Below, piece after piece: positions 24,201-36,129 of a stretch of 64,000 nt of DNA. Origin of the DNA: Ramazzottius varieornatus (taxonomy: Eukaryota > Animalia > Tardigrada). Below the pieces are notes generated by a model that saw only the letters and a list, made by a program, of their open reading frames with translations, was not told the DNA's origin and did not search any database. The stretch is taken from the NCBI GenBank assembly GCA_001949185.1, contig BDGG01000008.1, forward strand, positions 1,550,001-1,614,000, written 5' to 3'. Positions within the stretch are counted from its first letter, which is position 1, and each line of letters begins with the position of its first letter. The translations under genes were made by a program, and so were the position numbers.

Positions 24201-26640
24201 CATGCAAATCCGACAAGATTGTTTTATTAACTGGCGCATGTTTCCAGTCTTGTTGACTGAAAGCGCCACTTGGAAGAACGACATGTCGACTTTGTTCGCC
24301 TAAGTTAGGTCCCATTCCATACACGCGAACATAATTATTTCAATCGATTTTACTCTTTCATTTTTCAGCGACGTTTTGATTTGCAGATTAACGCCAATCT
24401 AATTGGGTTTTACCGCGTGAAGTATTCCGACAAGATGTTGCAGCTGTTGGTTCCGCATATTAGCAGTGGCGCATTAGCTCCGCTGGATCGCATGGGTATT
24501 CAGAACGATTTAATGGCTTTGGTAAGTCGGATGAAGTTCGATGAACGTCCTCGACAGATACTATGGTTGCGACCGGTTGGTGAAGGAATAATGGGGAAAA
24601 TACTCGGTTGGTTCTTTCTTGTAGGTGCTTTCCGGTGATGTCTCGGTTCCATCGTTGTTTGAGCTCTGGCGCAGCGCTTACAAGAATCATGAGAAGGACC
24701 CCATCGTTTGGCAAAACATTTTGACGCACGTTGGACGCTTTTCAGCTTTAATGGCTTACACTGATAGTCATGACGAATATCAACAGTACTCTTGGGAGAT
24801 TCTGGTGCCGCTTTTGCGGCAAATCGGTTGGGGTTCTAAAGAAAAACAAGGTAATTTATACTCTATCCGAAAGGACGCTCTGTAAGCATGAGATCAGACC
24901 CAGGCCAACAAGCTCGACAAGATTGTTTTTCAAGTGGCGCACGCTTCCTGCCAGTAACACTAGAAACGTACGCCACTGGGAGAAAGGATCTGGTCGACTT
25001 AGTTGGTCTAGCTTCCACAGAACGATTTTCGATGAACTCATCTATAGGCCACTTGGAGTCGCTTCTTCGAGAATCGCTAGTCGATCGTCTGGTCAAGTCC
25101 GGCCATCCCGAAACAGTCAAGACGGCACAGGAGCTGTTTGAGAAGTATCTGAATGGTGATAACGGCGTCCCTACAGAAATTCGCCGAGCGGTACGTGCTG
25201 TAGTGCTGGTTGTGGATATCTTGGTGTGTTGTGTGTTGAACTGTTTTTGTTTGGCAGATCTTCATTGCTGCTACAGCGTATGGAGGAAAAGAAGGTTACG
25301 AAAAGCTGTGGAGCCTCTATGAAAAGTCCGAACTGCAGGAGGAGAAAGTGAAGATGCTGGTGGCTCTTGGCTGGACCCAAGACACCGCTCTGCACCAAAA
25401 AACCTTGGACTCTGCTTTAAGTGTAAGAAAATGAGTGAAATACCTTTCAAACGATATGACAGATTTCAAGTTGACATTCTCAAGTTGGATGGTGGAATGC
25501 TCGTAGCAGAGTCGTTTTTTCAAGTGGCGCGTGTTGCCAGCCTACAACCGTGGAAGTATGCGCCACTTGGAGAAAACCTCTAGCCAAGTGACTCGAGTTT
25601 GCCAAGCTCGAAGCTCCCATTTTTGAACTTCGGTTTTGTAGAAACATGATATGTTTGTACCCATCTGTTTCGATTTTTTCTGCAGAAACAAGTTCGATCG
25701 CAAGATGTCGTTTATGTCTTGGCCGGGTGTGCTCATGATGTTGATGGGCGTGAACGAACCTGGCAGTGGATTCAGAAGAACTGGGAGGCTTTGAAAGAGA
25801 GCCAGCATCCTTCCTTGTTCTCGCGAGGCCTCCAGAGTGTCTTTAACAATTTCGCCTCGGAAGAGAAAGCGCAAGAGCTGGAAGAGTTTTTGAAGTCGCA
25901 CAAGCTTGAACAAGGAGAACGAGGTACGTCATGCGGGCTCTTAACACTTTCAGCACGATCGTTTTCATGTTTGCAAAATAGTACCGTCTTTGTGTATACA
26001 GGAATTTTGTTGGCTGGTACCGTGTTGCGGAGGCTGGCCCAACCAATAGGCAATTTTCGAAATTTCAAAATTCGGTTAATTGGCAGGCCATGAACGCCAA
26101 ATCTCAAAAGAGTGAACTGGTCGTCTTGATTTTCTTCTGACCGCACTGATGACTACAAAATTTATCCCAGGCTCGGCTTCGACAGATAAGACTATCCCCA
26201 GTGCTCCAGTTTTTTCCTATGCGAATACCGTGCACGTGTCTCGCGCGATGAGACGAAACACCAAATTTACCAGAACCACCCGAATGACCACTAATAACCG
26301 CTTGATCATTCACCAAAGCACCACTAATGACCGCTGGTCATTATTGTTGCTTTGGTGAGAAGACCGAGGTACATGCAAATAAAAAGACCCAGACCCGAAA
26401 GACCAAAAGCTAAAACTGGGAGGTGAATAAAACTGGGTGATTGTATACACAAAGAGGACGGTCGTACGCAGAGTGTTGACTATTGTTTAGACGTTAAATT
26501 CAAGTGAGTGATGGGTGATATCGGGTTTTCTTACAGCTATGGAGCAAGCGATGGAAACTATCAGAATTCAAGCCAACTGGCTCAAACGCGATGGTGACAA
26601 TGGACGAAAATGGCTCCAGGCACAGACTTTCTCCATATGA
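21265..26640 (+). CDS. NPEPPS: Puromycin-sensitive aminopeptidase (M1 family), many exons
   Basis: FERLPKTIVPSHYDL, TPIMSTYLLA, GAMENWG, HELAHMWFGN..WLNEGFA zinc motif, SHPIEVPVGHPDEVEEIFDAISYEKGASV; last exon ends WLQAQTFSI*. Confidence 0.95.
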
Positions 26641-26864
26641 GGAATGGCGGGAACGTATTCGGCGGAAGGAACACTACCCCGGTTCCTGCATGAAAACTTC
26701 TTTCGAATTTGAGTTAGTTACTGTCACTGTGTTTTGAGCTCGTTGCTTCACTGTTTTCATATCTTTCCTTTCTATGATATCACATCTTCCTTCCAAATCT
26801 ACAATCGACCGAAGATCTCCTTTCTGACGTATGTGGTAGGTCTTGGCAAGAGATTCTCTCGTTG

Positions 26865-27004
26865 TACTGTAATGCTTCATGAACTTGGCGAAGTGAGTCA
26901 TCATACGCCCACGGTTGAACCCCGGTCCGGAAATGATTAATCCGCTAAGGGATGTTTCGCGCGTATGATGACTCACTTCGCCATGTTCATGAAGCATTAC
27001 AGTA
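26865..27004. mobile_element. 140-bp foldback MITE with TACTGT...ACAGTA ends
   Basis: ~43-bp near-perfect terminal inverted repeats TACTGTAATGCTTCATGAACTTGGCGAAGTGAGTCATCATACG / CGTATGATGACTCACTTCGCCATGTTCATGAAGCATTACAGTA. Confidence 0.8.
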
Positions 27005-27304
27005 AAAGGTTCGCTAACACTGTAGGAGTTGGAACATTCTATCAAATGTGAAGGCAAAAGAAACTCTGATACCGGAAATTCCAAAGGTACACCCCGTTTC
27101 ACTTGCGCACTTTCACTTGGTGCAAAAGCGAACTTTTTTCTCGAACCTTGATACCGGTCAGGCTTGACTTCCCTCTGCCCAAACTAGTCGCCAGAGATCC
27201 CTCTTTTATCCAGAGCTAAAGTTAAACTCAAACGTACAATAGGAAGAGACTACATGATTTCTTCTAAAACGTGGAGCCCTAAAAAATCTTCCCTTCATAT
27301 AATG

Positions 27305-27445
27305 TACTGTAATTATTCGCTGCGTCCGCGCAGTACGTCATCGAAGTACAGCCCCAGTCCAGTTTCACGGATTGCGAAACCCCCTACGGGGGTGCATCGT
27401 CACGTACGTGTACGTACTGCGCGGACGCAGCGAATATTTACAGTA
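27305..27445. mobile_element. 141-bp foldback MITE with TACTGT...ACAGTA ends (second copy at 43915-44063)
   Basis: TIR TACTGTAATTATTCGCTGCGTCCGCGCAGTACG / CGTACTGCGCGGACGCAGCGAATATTTACAGTA; its internal CCCCTACG..GGTGCA..GTCACGTACGTGTAC recurs inverted at 43940-43985. Confidence 0.8.
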
Positions 27446-27826
27446 CCTTACAATTTTTTTCAACGAATGACTTCCCACCCCAGCGTTAAATTTTGCACTT
27501 TAGCAGTATTACCCATAAGTTGCTCTCACTTTGCAATAATTTGCCGAGATCGAAGGACCAGAGAATTTGTGGTCTTAAAACGTTTTGAACCCCCTATGCA
27601 TTAATAGATTGTCATGTCAGGTAATTAATACATGACATTACGGGTATGACTTTAAGCGCGAGCTGGATATGAGTTAATTTTGCCCGGATTCTTTGAAACT
27701 TCTTCCATCTACGCGATTCGCTTCTTCCGAATTCCCTTGGTTTAGTGCTGGAGGGTGGTGTTTCTTATCCTGCTAACTTTGATCTTGGCATTCGTAGGCA
27801 GAACAGGTACTGTGTCCTGACGTTCG

Positions 27827-30800
27827 TTGTACGAGTACCACTGTTTGGGACGCTACCGGATAGTGGAGCTACGAGTCACCCAACCGGAAGGAGAGCCACC
27901 GCCATATCGTACGATGGATGTCTTCGCTGATTTCGTGATGTTGGTTGTGCCAAAAGTTGGGCAAGAATGCGCACGATGGAAGTACGATGCACGGAAGAAC
28001 GAGAAGACGTTGACGGTGTACAGGCTGAGCTACCACGACCAGACGGCTGTAGTGTCCGATTGTTTGTCTTTGCAGTTCTGCACCGAACCATCAAATCTCT
28101 TTACCTACTCGCTCATACCCACATTCACTTCCCAAGGAAACAAGAGGGAGACCAGCTTCATCCAGGACCTGCTTGGCAAGAGTGTGCTGACATCAGCCGC
28201 TGAAATTCAGAAGCTGTTGCATTGCCTGGATAGGGAAGATCAAGAGTCCGATAGTGACTTGGCGTTGCACATCGATGAGGCTGAAACTGAACAGGCATCT
28301 CATTATCCGCCGTTTTTCGAACGCGAAGGCACCCTTGGGAGCGATGCTTGCTCTTGGGGAGACGATGAAAAAGGCCACTCAGATGCAACGTCGGATTCTG
28401 ATTTTCTAGTAAAGACAGAGAGTAGAATAAAGAAGAAGCTGAAAGATCGACGCACTTCGTTACGTCGCTCAGCGAGAAATGTACCCGTAGAGCCCGAGAT
28501 GCCAGTCAAGCGTGCAAGCAGACGGAAACGTAGTACAGAAGAACCAGAAATCGGTGTGAAAAAGATGAAAAAGAATGGTTTGCGGAAACGCTCACAGTCC
28601 TGCAAGAAAGGCAAACATTCCGAGGTGCAAGAAGCTCTTGTGGACTCGATTGTCTTCGAGGACATTCCATCCCTACCTCAGCACCCCACTTCCGGTGGAA
28701 CGATACTCTCCTCACAGTACTGGACTCTCCCTGCCGAAGGTCGGACAAGACTGGACTGTACCAAGCACATTTTCATCGACAACGACGCTCTGAGCAGTCT
28801 ACCGCACCTCTCTGCGGTTTCCCCGGAGGAACTCTTCACCGAGAGTGTCAAGTATGGCTGGTCGTTGGTAGAGCATTTGCTGGGCGGAAGTGAAGGCATT
28901 TCGAGAAGCTTTGCCTATGTGTCCAGTGGAACATGTCCCATCGAGAAGGAAGAGCTGATGGGAATCGTCGTCCAGCTTTCCGATGCAGTTCGCGGTAGGT
29001 CAGTGCAACACGTCGTTCTATCGGCAAAATTAATGGATAATTATGTGTACGGAAATTTGAAATGATTGCAGAGCATTTGCAGCGTTCATTCCATATCGAC
29101 CGTGTGGGGGACGTCGGTAAAGCGATCATGGTGGTGATGAAGCCTAAATTGGAGCTTCGCTACAAAGAGCTCGGAAGCACCAACGCCTGCCCATCTCATA
29201 CCCGGCAACCGTCCGACATGCTGCTAAAAGGCCATCTGAAGAAAAGCTCGTACCCCGCTCCGAGGAAAGTCCAGCTTGCTCATGGTTTCGATTTTTACGG
29301 CGATGGGGATAAGCTTTTGGAAATCGAGGGTCGCTGCAGAGAAGATCCGCTGCAGGGTCGACGGTGCGGCATCTTTGCGATGGACGTGGTCGCCGAGCTG
29401 ATTGGAGGCCTTGATGTCTTTCTCGAAGGACGCAAGCAGACGTATCGAGGGGGTACGGTCCTTCTTGGAGACGACATCTTCGAAGCTTTATTCTGTAGGT
29501 CCACAAAAATTATAGATCAAAAGAAATTGGAAGCTCGACCAGATCGTTTTCCCAAGTGGCGCACGTTATCAGTGAGACTTGCTGGAAGCGTGCGTCTCTG
29601 CTCGAGTTCAAAGTGGCGCATGTTTCCAGTAATATTGCCCGAGGAGCGCGCCACTTGGGATCTGGTCGAGTTTGTTTGGCAAGCACTCAATTATAAAAAT
29701 AACGTACCAGTGTTTTCTGTTCCAGTAAGGGCTCGCAAAACGTTGAATCTGGATGATACCATAGCCCTGAAGGAGTTCCGTGCATTTGTCTAAAAACATC
29801 GGTCTAACCGTGACCAAAGGAAGATTGAGACTGGAGGAAATACAAGTCTTATGGCTTCGGTCCTGTTTCGGCCCGAAGTTGGTCCTTCTTTCGGTGCCTG
29901 TAGTAATGCGGATCCACCGGCGAAGCTTGGTCATAACTATTGGACAACAGCAGCCCCGCATCGAACTGCACTCACACCGAGCTCTGCCTTCTACGTGGAC
30001 AAGACCAAGCTAGCCGAATATCAGCGCTATTTCGGCCCGGAGTCAACCAAGAAGCTTGTGCATTGTTGGCCTGCATACTTGAAAGCATTGGTACAACATG
30101 TTGCCGGAGGCGAAGAAAGCTACATGCGGGCGCTGCTAGACATCCGGAAGACGGACCCGGGCTCTCCAGTGCTGGATCCCGTCTTGTTGGATGACATTTT
30201 CGGTAAGTCCTGCAGAGCTACGCCTAAGGTGGAAAGTCTTGATAGAACTGCCGATAATATCCAATGCAGTTAAACGATTTCATTTTAGAACACATGGTGC
30301 TTCTTTATAAGTCGCCAAACGTGGTTAAACCAAGAGCGCGGATTGCGCTGCTCAGGTTTAGCAGTCATCAGCTTGAACTGTACGACAAAGGAACAACGCG
30401 TTGGCATTTCCCCGACTTGGATGACCGCCCAAAACCGGAAGTGTTGGTCTTGTTGGAAGAGCAAGAATACTGGCGAAAGCCGGCGCCCGATCGGACACAG
30501 CTTCGACCGGGCCACGAAGTTTACATCGGAACGAAGATACTGGAAAGTATCGCTTCCTACTTCGGGCCTCAGTCCAATGAGAACTGCATCAAGCAGTACA
30601 GCTATGCCGTGTTGGCTCACATGATGGGTGGAGTGGAAACTGCTTTAAAACTTAAGGCAGCAAAAACCTTTGCGGAAGGAGTTCGTAGCATGTTCCTTTT
30701 GGACGATGTCATTGCGGTGGCTCTGCACGCTGATGAGGTCTTTCATCTGAGGTTCTCCGTTAATCCTTCTGACATTATAGTCTTCACCGGAGTGAAACTG

Positions 30801-30908
30801 GTTCGGCTGACAGAATCACGAACCAGGAACAGAAAACGCCCGACAGGTCGAAGTGCTCGTAAGCGAGAACCGAAGAATCTTTTGCATTTCGCTCTTAGCG
30901 TTACTTGA
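27827..30908 (+). CDS. Uncharacterised predicted nuclear protein locus with four tandem copies of a ~110-130-aa domain (BEN-like by eye); one in-frame TAA at 29791-29793
   Basis: Four ORFs join via phase-1 GT-AG introns (28995-29071, 29495-29725, 30203-30288). Repeated motif YW..PA..RT.L....(F/Y)I....L.........Y...LV.H(L/M)GG.E; acidic and basic NLS-like tract (KRASRRKR, KKMKKNGLRKR) upstream. Start codon uncertain. Confidence 0.7.
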
Positions 30909-31199
30909 ATAGCCAGTTCTGTTCTCAGTTCGCTGTTTGTTTTATGAAGCCTTTTGGTTTTCTGTGTGGTAAAAACAGATGCCGCCTTTAGTCGGTGCCC
31001 ATCATTATGTCCATGCCCATAATTAGGCGAAGTACGTGTACAGGGAAAGGTTGTTTCCGTTGCTGAGTTAGCTACACCTTATAACCAGTAGGCCTTTCGA
31101 TGGCCTACTCCCAATACCTGCTGGCTAACTCAACAACCGCTCCCTCGTACGTCCTCGATTAGTAACCATCGCTTCAATTTTAAGAAGAAACTGCAGAAA

Positions 31200-32730
31200 G
31201 AAGAGAAGGTTGAGGTGACCGGTGAGGAATCTGAAGAGCAAAAGGACGTAGCAGAAGACAAAGAAGAGTGTAAAGAAAGCATTGAAGAGCAGATGGAACA
31301 AGTGAAGAAGGATGAATTACTGTGTAAGCGATTAGAAGAATTTGAGAGGTTTGTCTGCCGGTTTGGCTACCCTCGTAGACTGGCAGAGTACAGAGGAGTG
31401 AAGGGTGATCGAGATTACACCTTGAAAAGAACGGCGGAAATATCACGCCGCATAGTGGCTTATAACCCAAAATGGTTAATGCCATTCAAATGCAATATCG
31501 ACTTTCAGTTTATTACAGATGTCTGGGCGGCTGTGGAATAATTATTTTCATATGTGTCGAAGCCTGAGAGCAAGGACAGGGAGATTTTGGGAGTTGTGGT
31601 GAAAAAATGTCCCGACGATACAAGTCTCCTGTCGGTGTTATATCAGCTTGGTAATGCCGTCTTGTCGCATAGACAGGTAGGGAAGGTTGAAGCTGCTATG
31701 CTTCTGTTGGGCTGTCCTTTGTACTATTGCAGCACTTCGTCCGCTTTTGTGGATTTGACTTTTCCGATAATCGAACCCGTATTGTAAAAAATGGGCGGCT
31801 TGGTACTGGAGAAGAACTTTCGAAGAGTGATTTATGCTTTCGTTGGTGGATCATTATACGAGTCGGACTGATTGTGCGAACTTGCAAGGTGATTGTGCTG
31901 ACGTCCTAAGAGAAATGTCTCTGTACGAACTTGCTAGCTGGTTTGTAGTTGAAGTGAAAGGAGAGAGAGAAGTGGGTGAAAATTTCGACCAAGAGGATAT
32001 CGCGTCGGAAGATTAGAAAGACAGCAAGTGTGACTTCGTCGTCAATCCTAATTGGGAGAAGCGAGGTAAAGAGCCGCCATTCAAAACCAGCACATGGAAC
32101 AAGGAAGTTGGCCCGCCTTCAGTATAAATTCGCGGGGCGGCACCCTAACGGGTACTGTTGCCGCCGAGGGAGGCTAAAGGGGAAGAAAACGGGAACTGGG
32201 ATGATGGCAGCGCGTATCCCAAGTTCCCAACCATTGAATTACTCCCTGTGACTCAGAATGCAATGCTATAGCCTTATCTCCTTCTTTTGTGACCTACTTT
32301 CGCTTCTCCTCAGTCACATTCCATTCACAAGCTTATTTCCACTAATGTTGTACTTTGCCCTTCACTGGGCAAAGTTCAGCAGAGGGGTTCCAACACAAAC
32401 TTACAAACAAAACCAGCTCCGCAACGACAGCTCGTGCCCAAAAATCCCTTGTTAGACCACCTGAAGCGGTTTGACATGGGATAACATGGGGTATCAAGTC
32501 GCATGCAAGGTTGTACTACTAATCTGTGCGAGCATTACGTAATAGCCTCAGATTGTATCGGCGGCAACAAAATGGGTATGTGTTGCGTCTGCGTGCTAAA
32601 AGGAAGAACGTTGCTTTCCGGTTTGACGCATCAAGCATCGAAAGGAGGGCATATGGAATTTTGATGCTGACTATTCCGTTTGGGCAAAATGAAACGCACT
32701 TTGTGACAGTTTTCCACGCTTGAATTGTCA
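31200..32730 (+). mobile_element. Degenerate Helitron-type Rep/helicase fragment
   Basis: CRFGYPR, IVAYNPKWLMPFKCNIDFQFI...YVSKPE, HRQVGKVEAAMLLLGCPLYYCS..FV, DHYTSR...MSLYELASWF, YGILMLTIPF..E are motifs of the Rep-to-Pif1 linker region of Helitron/Helentron proteins; interrupted by stops and frameshifts. Confidence 0.75.
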
Positions 32731-33790
32731 ATTTGCCGTCTTTTCCGCTTGGCCCAAACTATCGCTTCGTGCATGTATGAATTCCGCCGCGGAATGACGT
32801 TATTTGAACAAATTCGACATGCTTGAGCGGAATTAACTGCAGGATGTCAACTTGATAAAAAATGTTTTTCCATCAAAATCCACGTTGTGTTTCACTTTTC
32901 CACGATTATTTGGCGGAATTTGTTCTTTGATCCGAAGTTAATCAACAAAATACGATTTAGATTTAGACTTGTCGTACCAGTACAGTGGCATTATAGCATA
33001 TCGTATAGTTTCCCGGCGGAAGACGGTGAGATGAAAACAAATGGGTATCCGCAGCCCGAGTTACGGGATAACTTTTTCAGCTTCGAATGACTCTTCCTAG
33101 AAGTGGAATTGCTGGCAATATTTAGGAACATCGAGTGCTAGCCTCGCCACGCTTCGCCAAGGATAGAAGTTTCACAAAACTGTTCGCCCTTCTGGGGAGA
33201 TTTTCTTGAAAATTCTGGCGGTGAGATCACCAGCTGAGATACCCCACACGGATGGTTTCGCGTTTGAACGAATGCAAGTAAATTCTCACGCTGTATGACG
33301 TCAAAACATTTTTACTCGAAATTTCGGTCCTTTTGAGTCTTCCCTGACGTGGCCATCTGACCACCGGTCAGACGACCGAATGAACCTCAGAGTCGTGTTG
33401 CTGGATGTCCGTTATGCTAGATTTGATCAGCAGTTCACGTGTGCCCTTGGGGTCCGAAAACTTTAAAGTCGATTCCTGAACAATCTGACCAGCGATCGTT
33501 ATCGCCTTCCTTCACCACGGATAGGAGTCTCACAGACTGTTCGCCCTTTTGAGAAGACACTCCAGTACGTTTCGAGACGGGGAGGGGGGTGAGTAGCAGC
33601 TGAAACACCTCAGCCTGGGGATTATCTAGGAACACCGCGCGAGAACTCGCTTGTTTTTGCCTCACTAAGTTTGCTTCATGACTACGCAGACTTCTCACAA
33701 TACGTATCGAAGAAACAAAATGTACCCGTACAGTACACCTCAACCTGATCAGACCACGTTGTTTGCAAATGGCATATTCGGGTGGAACTA

Positions 33791-35872
33791 TCAGTAATCC
33801 AAGCGACTGTATCGGTCAACCATCCCTTGTAGGGCCGTGGTTAGAATAGGATTCCTTGTACGTGAAAGTCCAGCCAGCCGAAAGACTGTGGCTCATCTTG
33901 TAGCAGTGACCTCCACCTGCAACGAAAACGCGCACCGTTAAGCCGTACACGTGACTTTGGACTTCCAGGTTACACGGGTCGCGTTAGACTGCGATGTCTC
34001 CTAACAGCTTACCATATCCTAGCCACAGTAAAAGCAGCAACATGAGTACCACCAGCACAGGCATAACCGAAGCAATCACGATCGCGAAGTATGCATCTGG
34101 AAAAAACGATGTGACAAAGTGGAAAAAGAGTACTCAGGTAAGGCGTAGTATGGATGTTGCGAAAGGCCCTCGTTCTCACCCTTTTTCCAACATATGGCAT
34201 TGGTTCCGAGGAACCCACACGGCGGTTCGTTTGGCGGTGGAAAAGGCGCTACCCAGCTAATCGAAGCGACATCTACAAACTCGTTCGCGGAAGCGTCCAA
34301 GGTCATAATCGTTGTAGGCCAGACGCCACCTTTCTGGAACTGCTGGATTATCAGCGGCTGCTTCCGCTCGCCCACTTCGTCGAACTCGATCGGACCAGTG
34401 TCCAGCCAGAATGTTCTGTTCCAGTATCGTCTTGCGAAAGCAGAACCATCGTTCAGATCAACAACCCTGGATGGATCGTTCAAAGTCTCTTCCAGCACGT
34501 GACCAAACAGTATGACATCTTCATAAGGGGCTGTCACAAACGGATTCGGCTACGGGGACAGAGAAGAAACTTACGTGATTTATTAAGCCCTGACGTCACG
34601 ACTTCAAGCGTCTGAATCGTGATCAGCGATGCTGTTTACCGTTTCGAGTGGCGCATAAGTAAAGTTGAAGTCATGTTTCGATATGTTTTTTGAACGTCTC
34701 GTATAAGCCCACTAGTCTTCCGTTACTTGAGTTGTCTTGGGGAAAAGTCACGAGGAAGACCGACTGGTAAGCCAGTTCCCAAGTTAGAGCAGCGGTAATC
34801 ATTTCGGCGTAAGAGGTTCGGTAAAATAATGATCTTTTACCTCATCGAACTGGTCGCCGTACTTCCACGTGTAGTTTCCGCAAAATTTTCGATGACGAAA
34901 GGGCTCATAAGCCAAATATACCTGCCGGAAAACGATGGTATGGATATCTCAAGTGTTATGCCTATCTCGACTTCCCGATAGTCGAACCGTCCCGGCAAAA
35001 CGATAGAAGTGAGTCTCTTCTTTGTTATGAGCCAGGGAGCCAAATCCCCCGACGATCCTGGAATAAATTACAGGACTCGGAAGTGATGAACCTAAATTAC
35101 AGCAGTGACGTAAGCTCTTTGATTGGGAGTTTGATTGAACAGATTGAACAACTCAGTCGATCAGCTGTTCTGTCAGATTCGGACTGGACGGTGTGCTATC
35201 GAGCATTTTCAGCACGCTGTTCGGCCATCCTGTTGATTAGCTGAGCGGCTTGTTTTCAATGTCTTCAATCAACACCCGCAATCAAAGAGCTTTACGTCAT
35301 CGCGGCACACTGGAGCGGTCAATAGACTTTCATTTCCCAGTCCTGTAGTTCATTCCAGGATCGTCGGGGGATTTAGCTACCCACCTCAGGTTGTAGAAGA
35401 GACTCTTTTCTATCGTCCGGTCGGGTCGGTCCGACTATCGGGAAGTCGGGACAGGCATAAGCCCCTTGTAAGTAGCTGGAACACGGTTGAGTAAACCACA
35501 GCTCTCTCCGACTCCAATGAAGAGCGTCATGTTGGAGCTTGTCTCCCTTCTTTTGTAATAGTATTCAGCGACCAGAAAGTCCACGTTATCAGTAAAGAGT
35601 GGACAAGATGTGTACCGTCTGTCATATAATAACGTGTGAGTGAAGTTGACTCGATGACCGAAAGTTTGCCGTAGTTGATCCAATGCAACAATCATTCCAG
35701 GTGCAATGTAGGGTAGATTAGAGAGAGATACGTTGGAGTGAATATTTGAGACAGTGACAATCTCAACCTGTATAGGTTGTTCGATGAAAGAGCTGGAAGA
35801 TGCGCAAATTCTCGTCCAAGCCGGAAGACAGATCTTAACAAACAGTAAATAACTGCAGTTCTTGGACAGCAT
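33791..35872 (-). pseudogene. ANF-receptor-type ectodomain + single TM + short tail (NPR-C-like, no cyclase); appears disrupted
   Basis: Signal peptide; LPYIAPGMIVALDQL...NFTHTLLYD..C..F.DNV..LVAEYYY; NRTFWLDTGPIEFDEVGER...WVAPFPPPNEPPCGF; TM FAIVIASVMPVLVVLMLLLLLW; ~40-aa tail. The middle of the ectodomain is missing at the foldback insertion, and there is a frameshift near 34685. Confidence 0.65.
34956..35460. mobile_element. ~500-bp foldback element with ~120-bp inverted arms and a nested inverted-repeat element (35107-35299)
   Basis: 34956-35076 is the reverse complement (with substitutions) of 35340-35460; inner TGACGTAAGCTCTTTGATTG...CAATCAAAGAGCTTTACGTCA pair. Confidence 0.8.
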
Positions 35873-36129
35873 TTCTTGAGACTTCCGATCAGTGTTTGGT
35901 TATTTAGCATGATCCTCGTGTTGCAGATGGAGATAGATACTTCGGAAGAAAGACATTGAATATTGAACATTCGTGGATGAACAGCAGCGAAACTCCCGAC
36001 TGTTCACGCAATATTCTTCATAGTCATTCATATATTCTTGAATGATGGTCAAAAGGTGCGTTCATCGGCGCGATATCGGGGTCTTCAGTTAGCGTGGTAT
36101 GTGTTCATCCCCGGCGCTCTTCTCAGGTT

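Noticed and set aside
26674-27102. 142-aa ORF with an apparent internal repeat
   Set aside because: Its pattern comes from reading through the inverted arms of the 26865-27004 MITE.
29062-29065. ATGA stop/start overlap suggesting prokaryote-like translational coupling
   Set aside because: Both codons fall inside a predicted 77-nt intron (28995-29071) whose removal joins the two ORFs and restores the domain alignment.
34837-35043. Apparent exon with a good acceptor in the ANF-receptor-like gene
   Set aside because: Most of it lies in the inverted arm of the foldback element and shows no receptor similarity.
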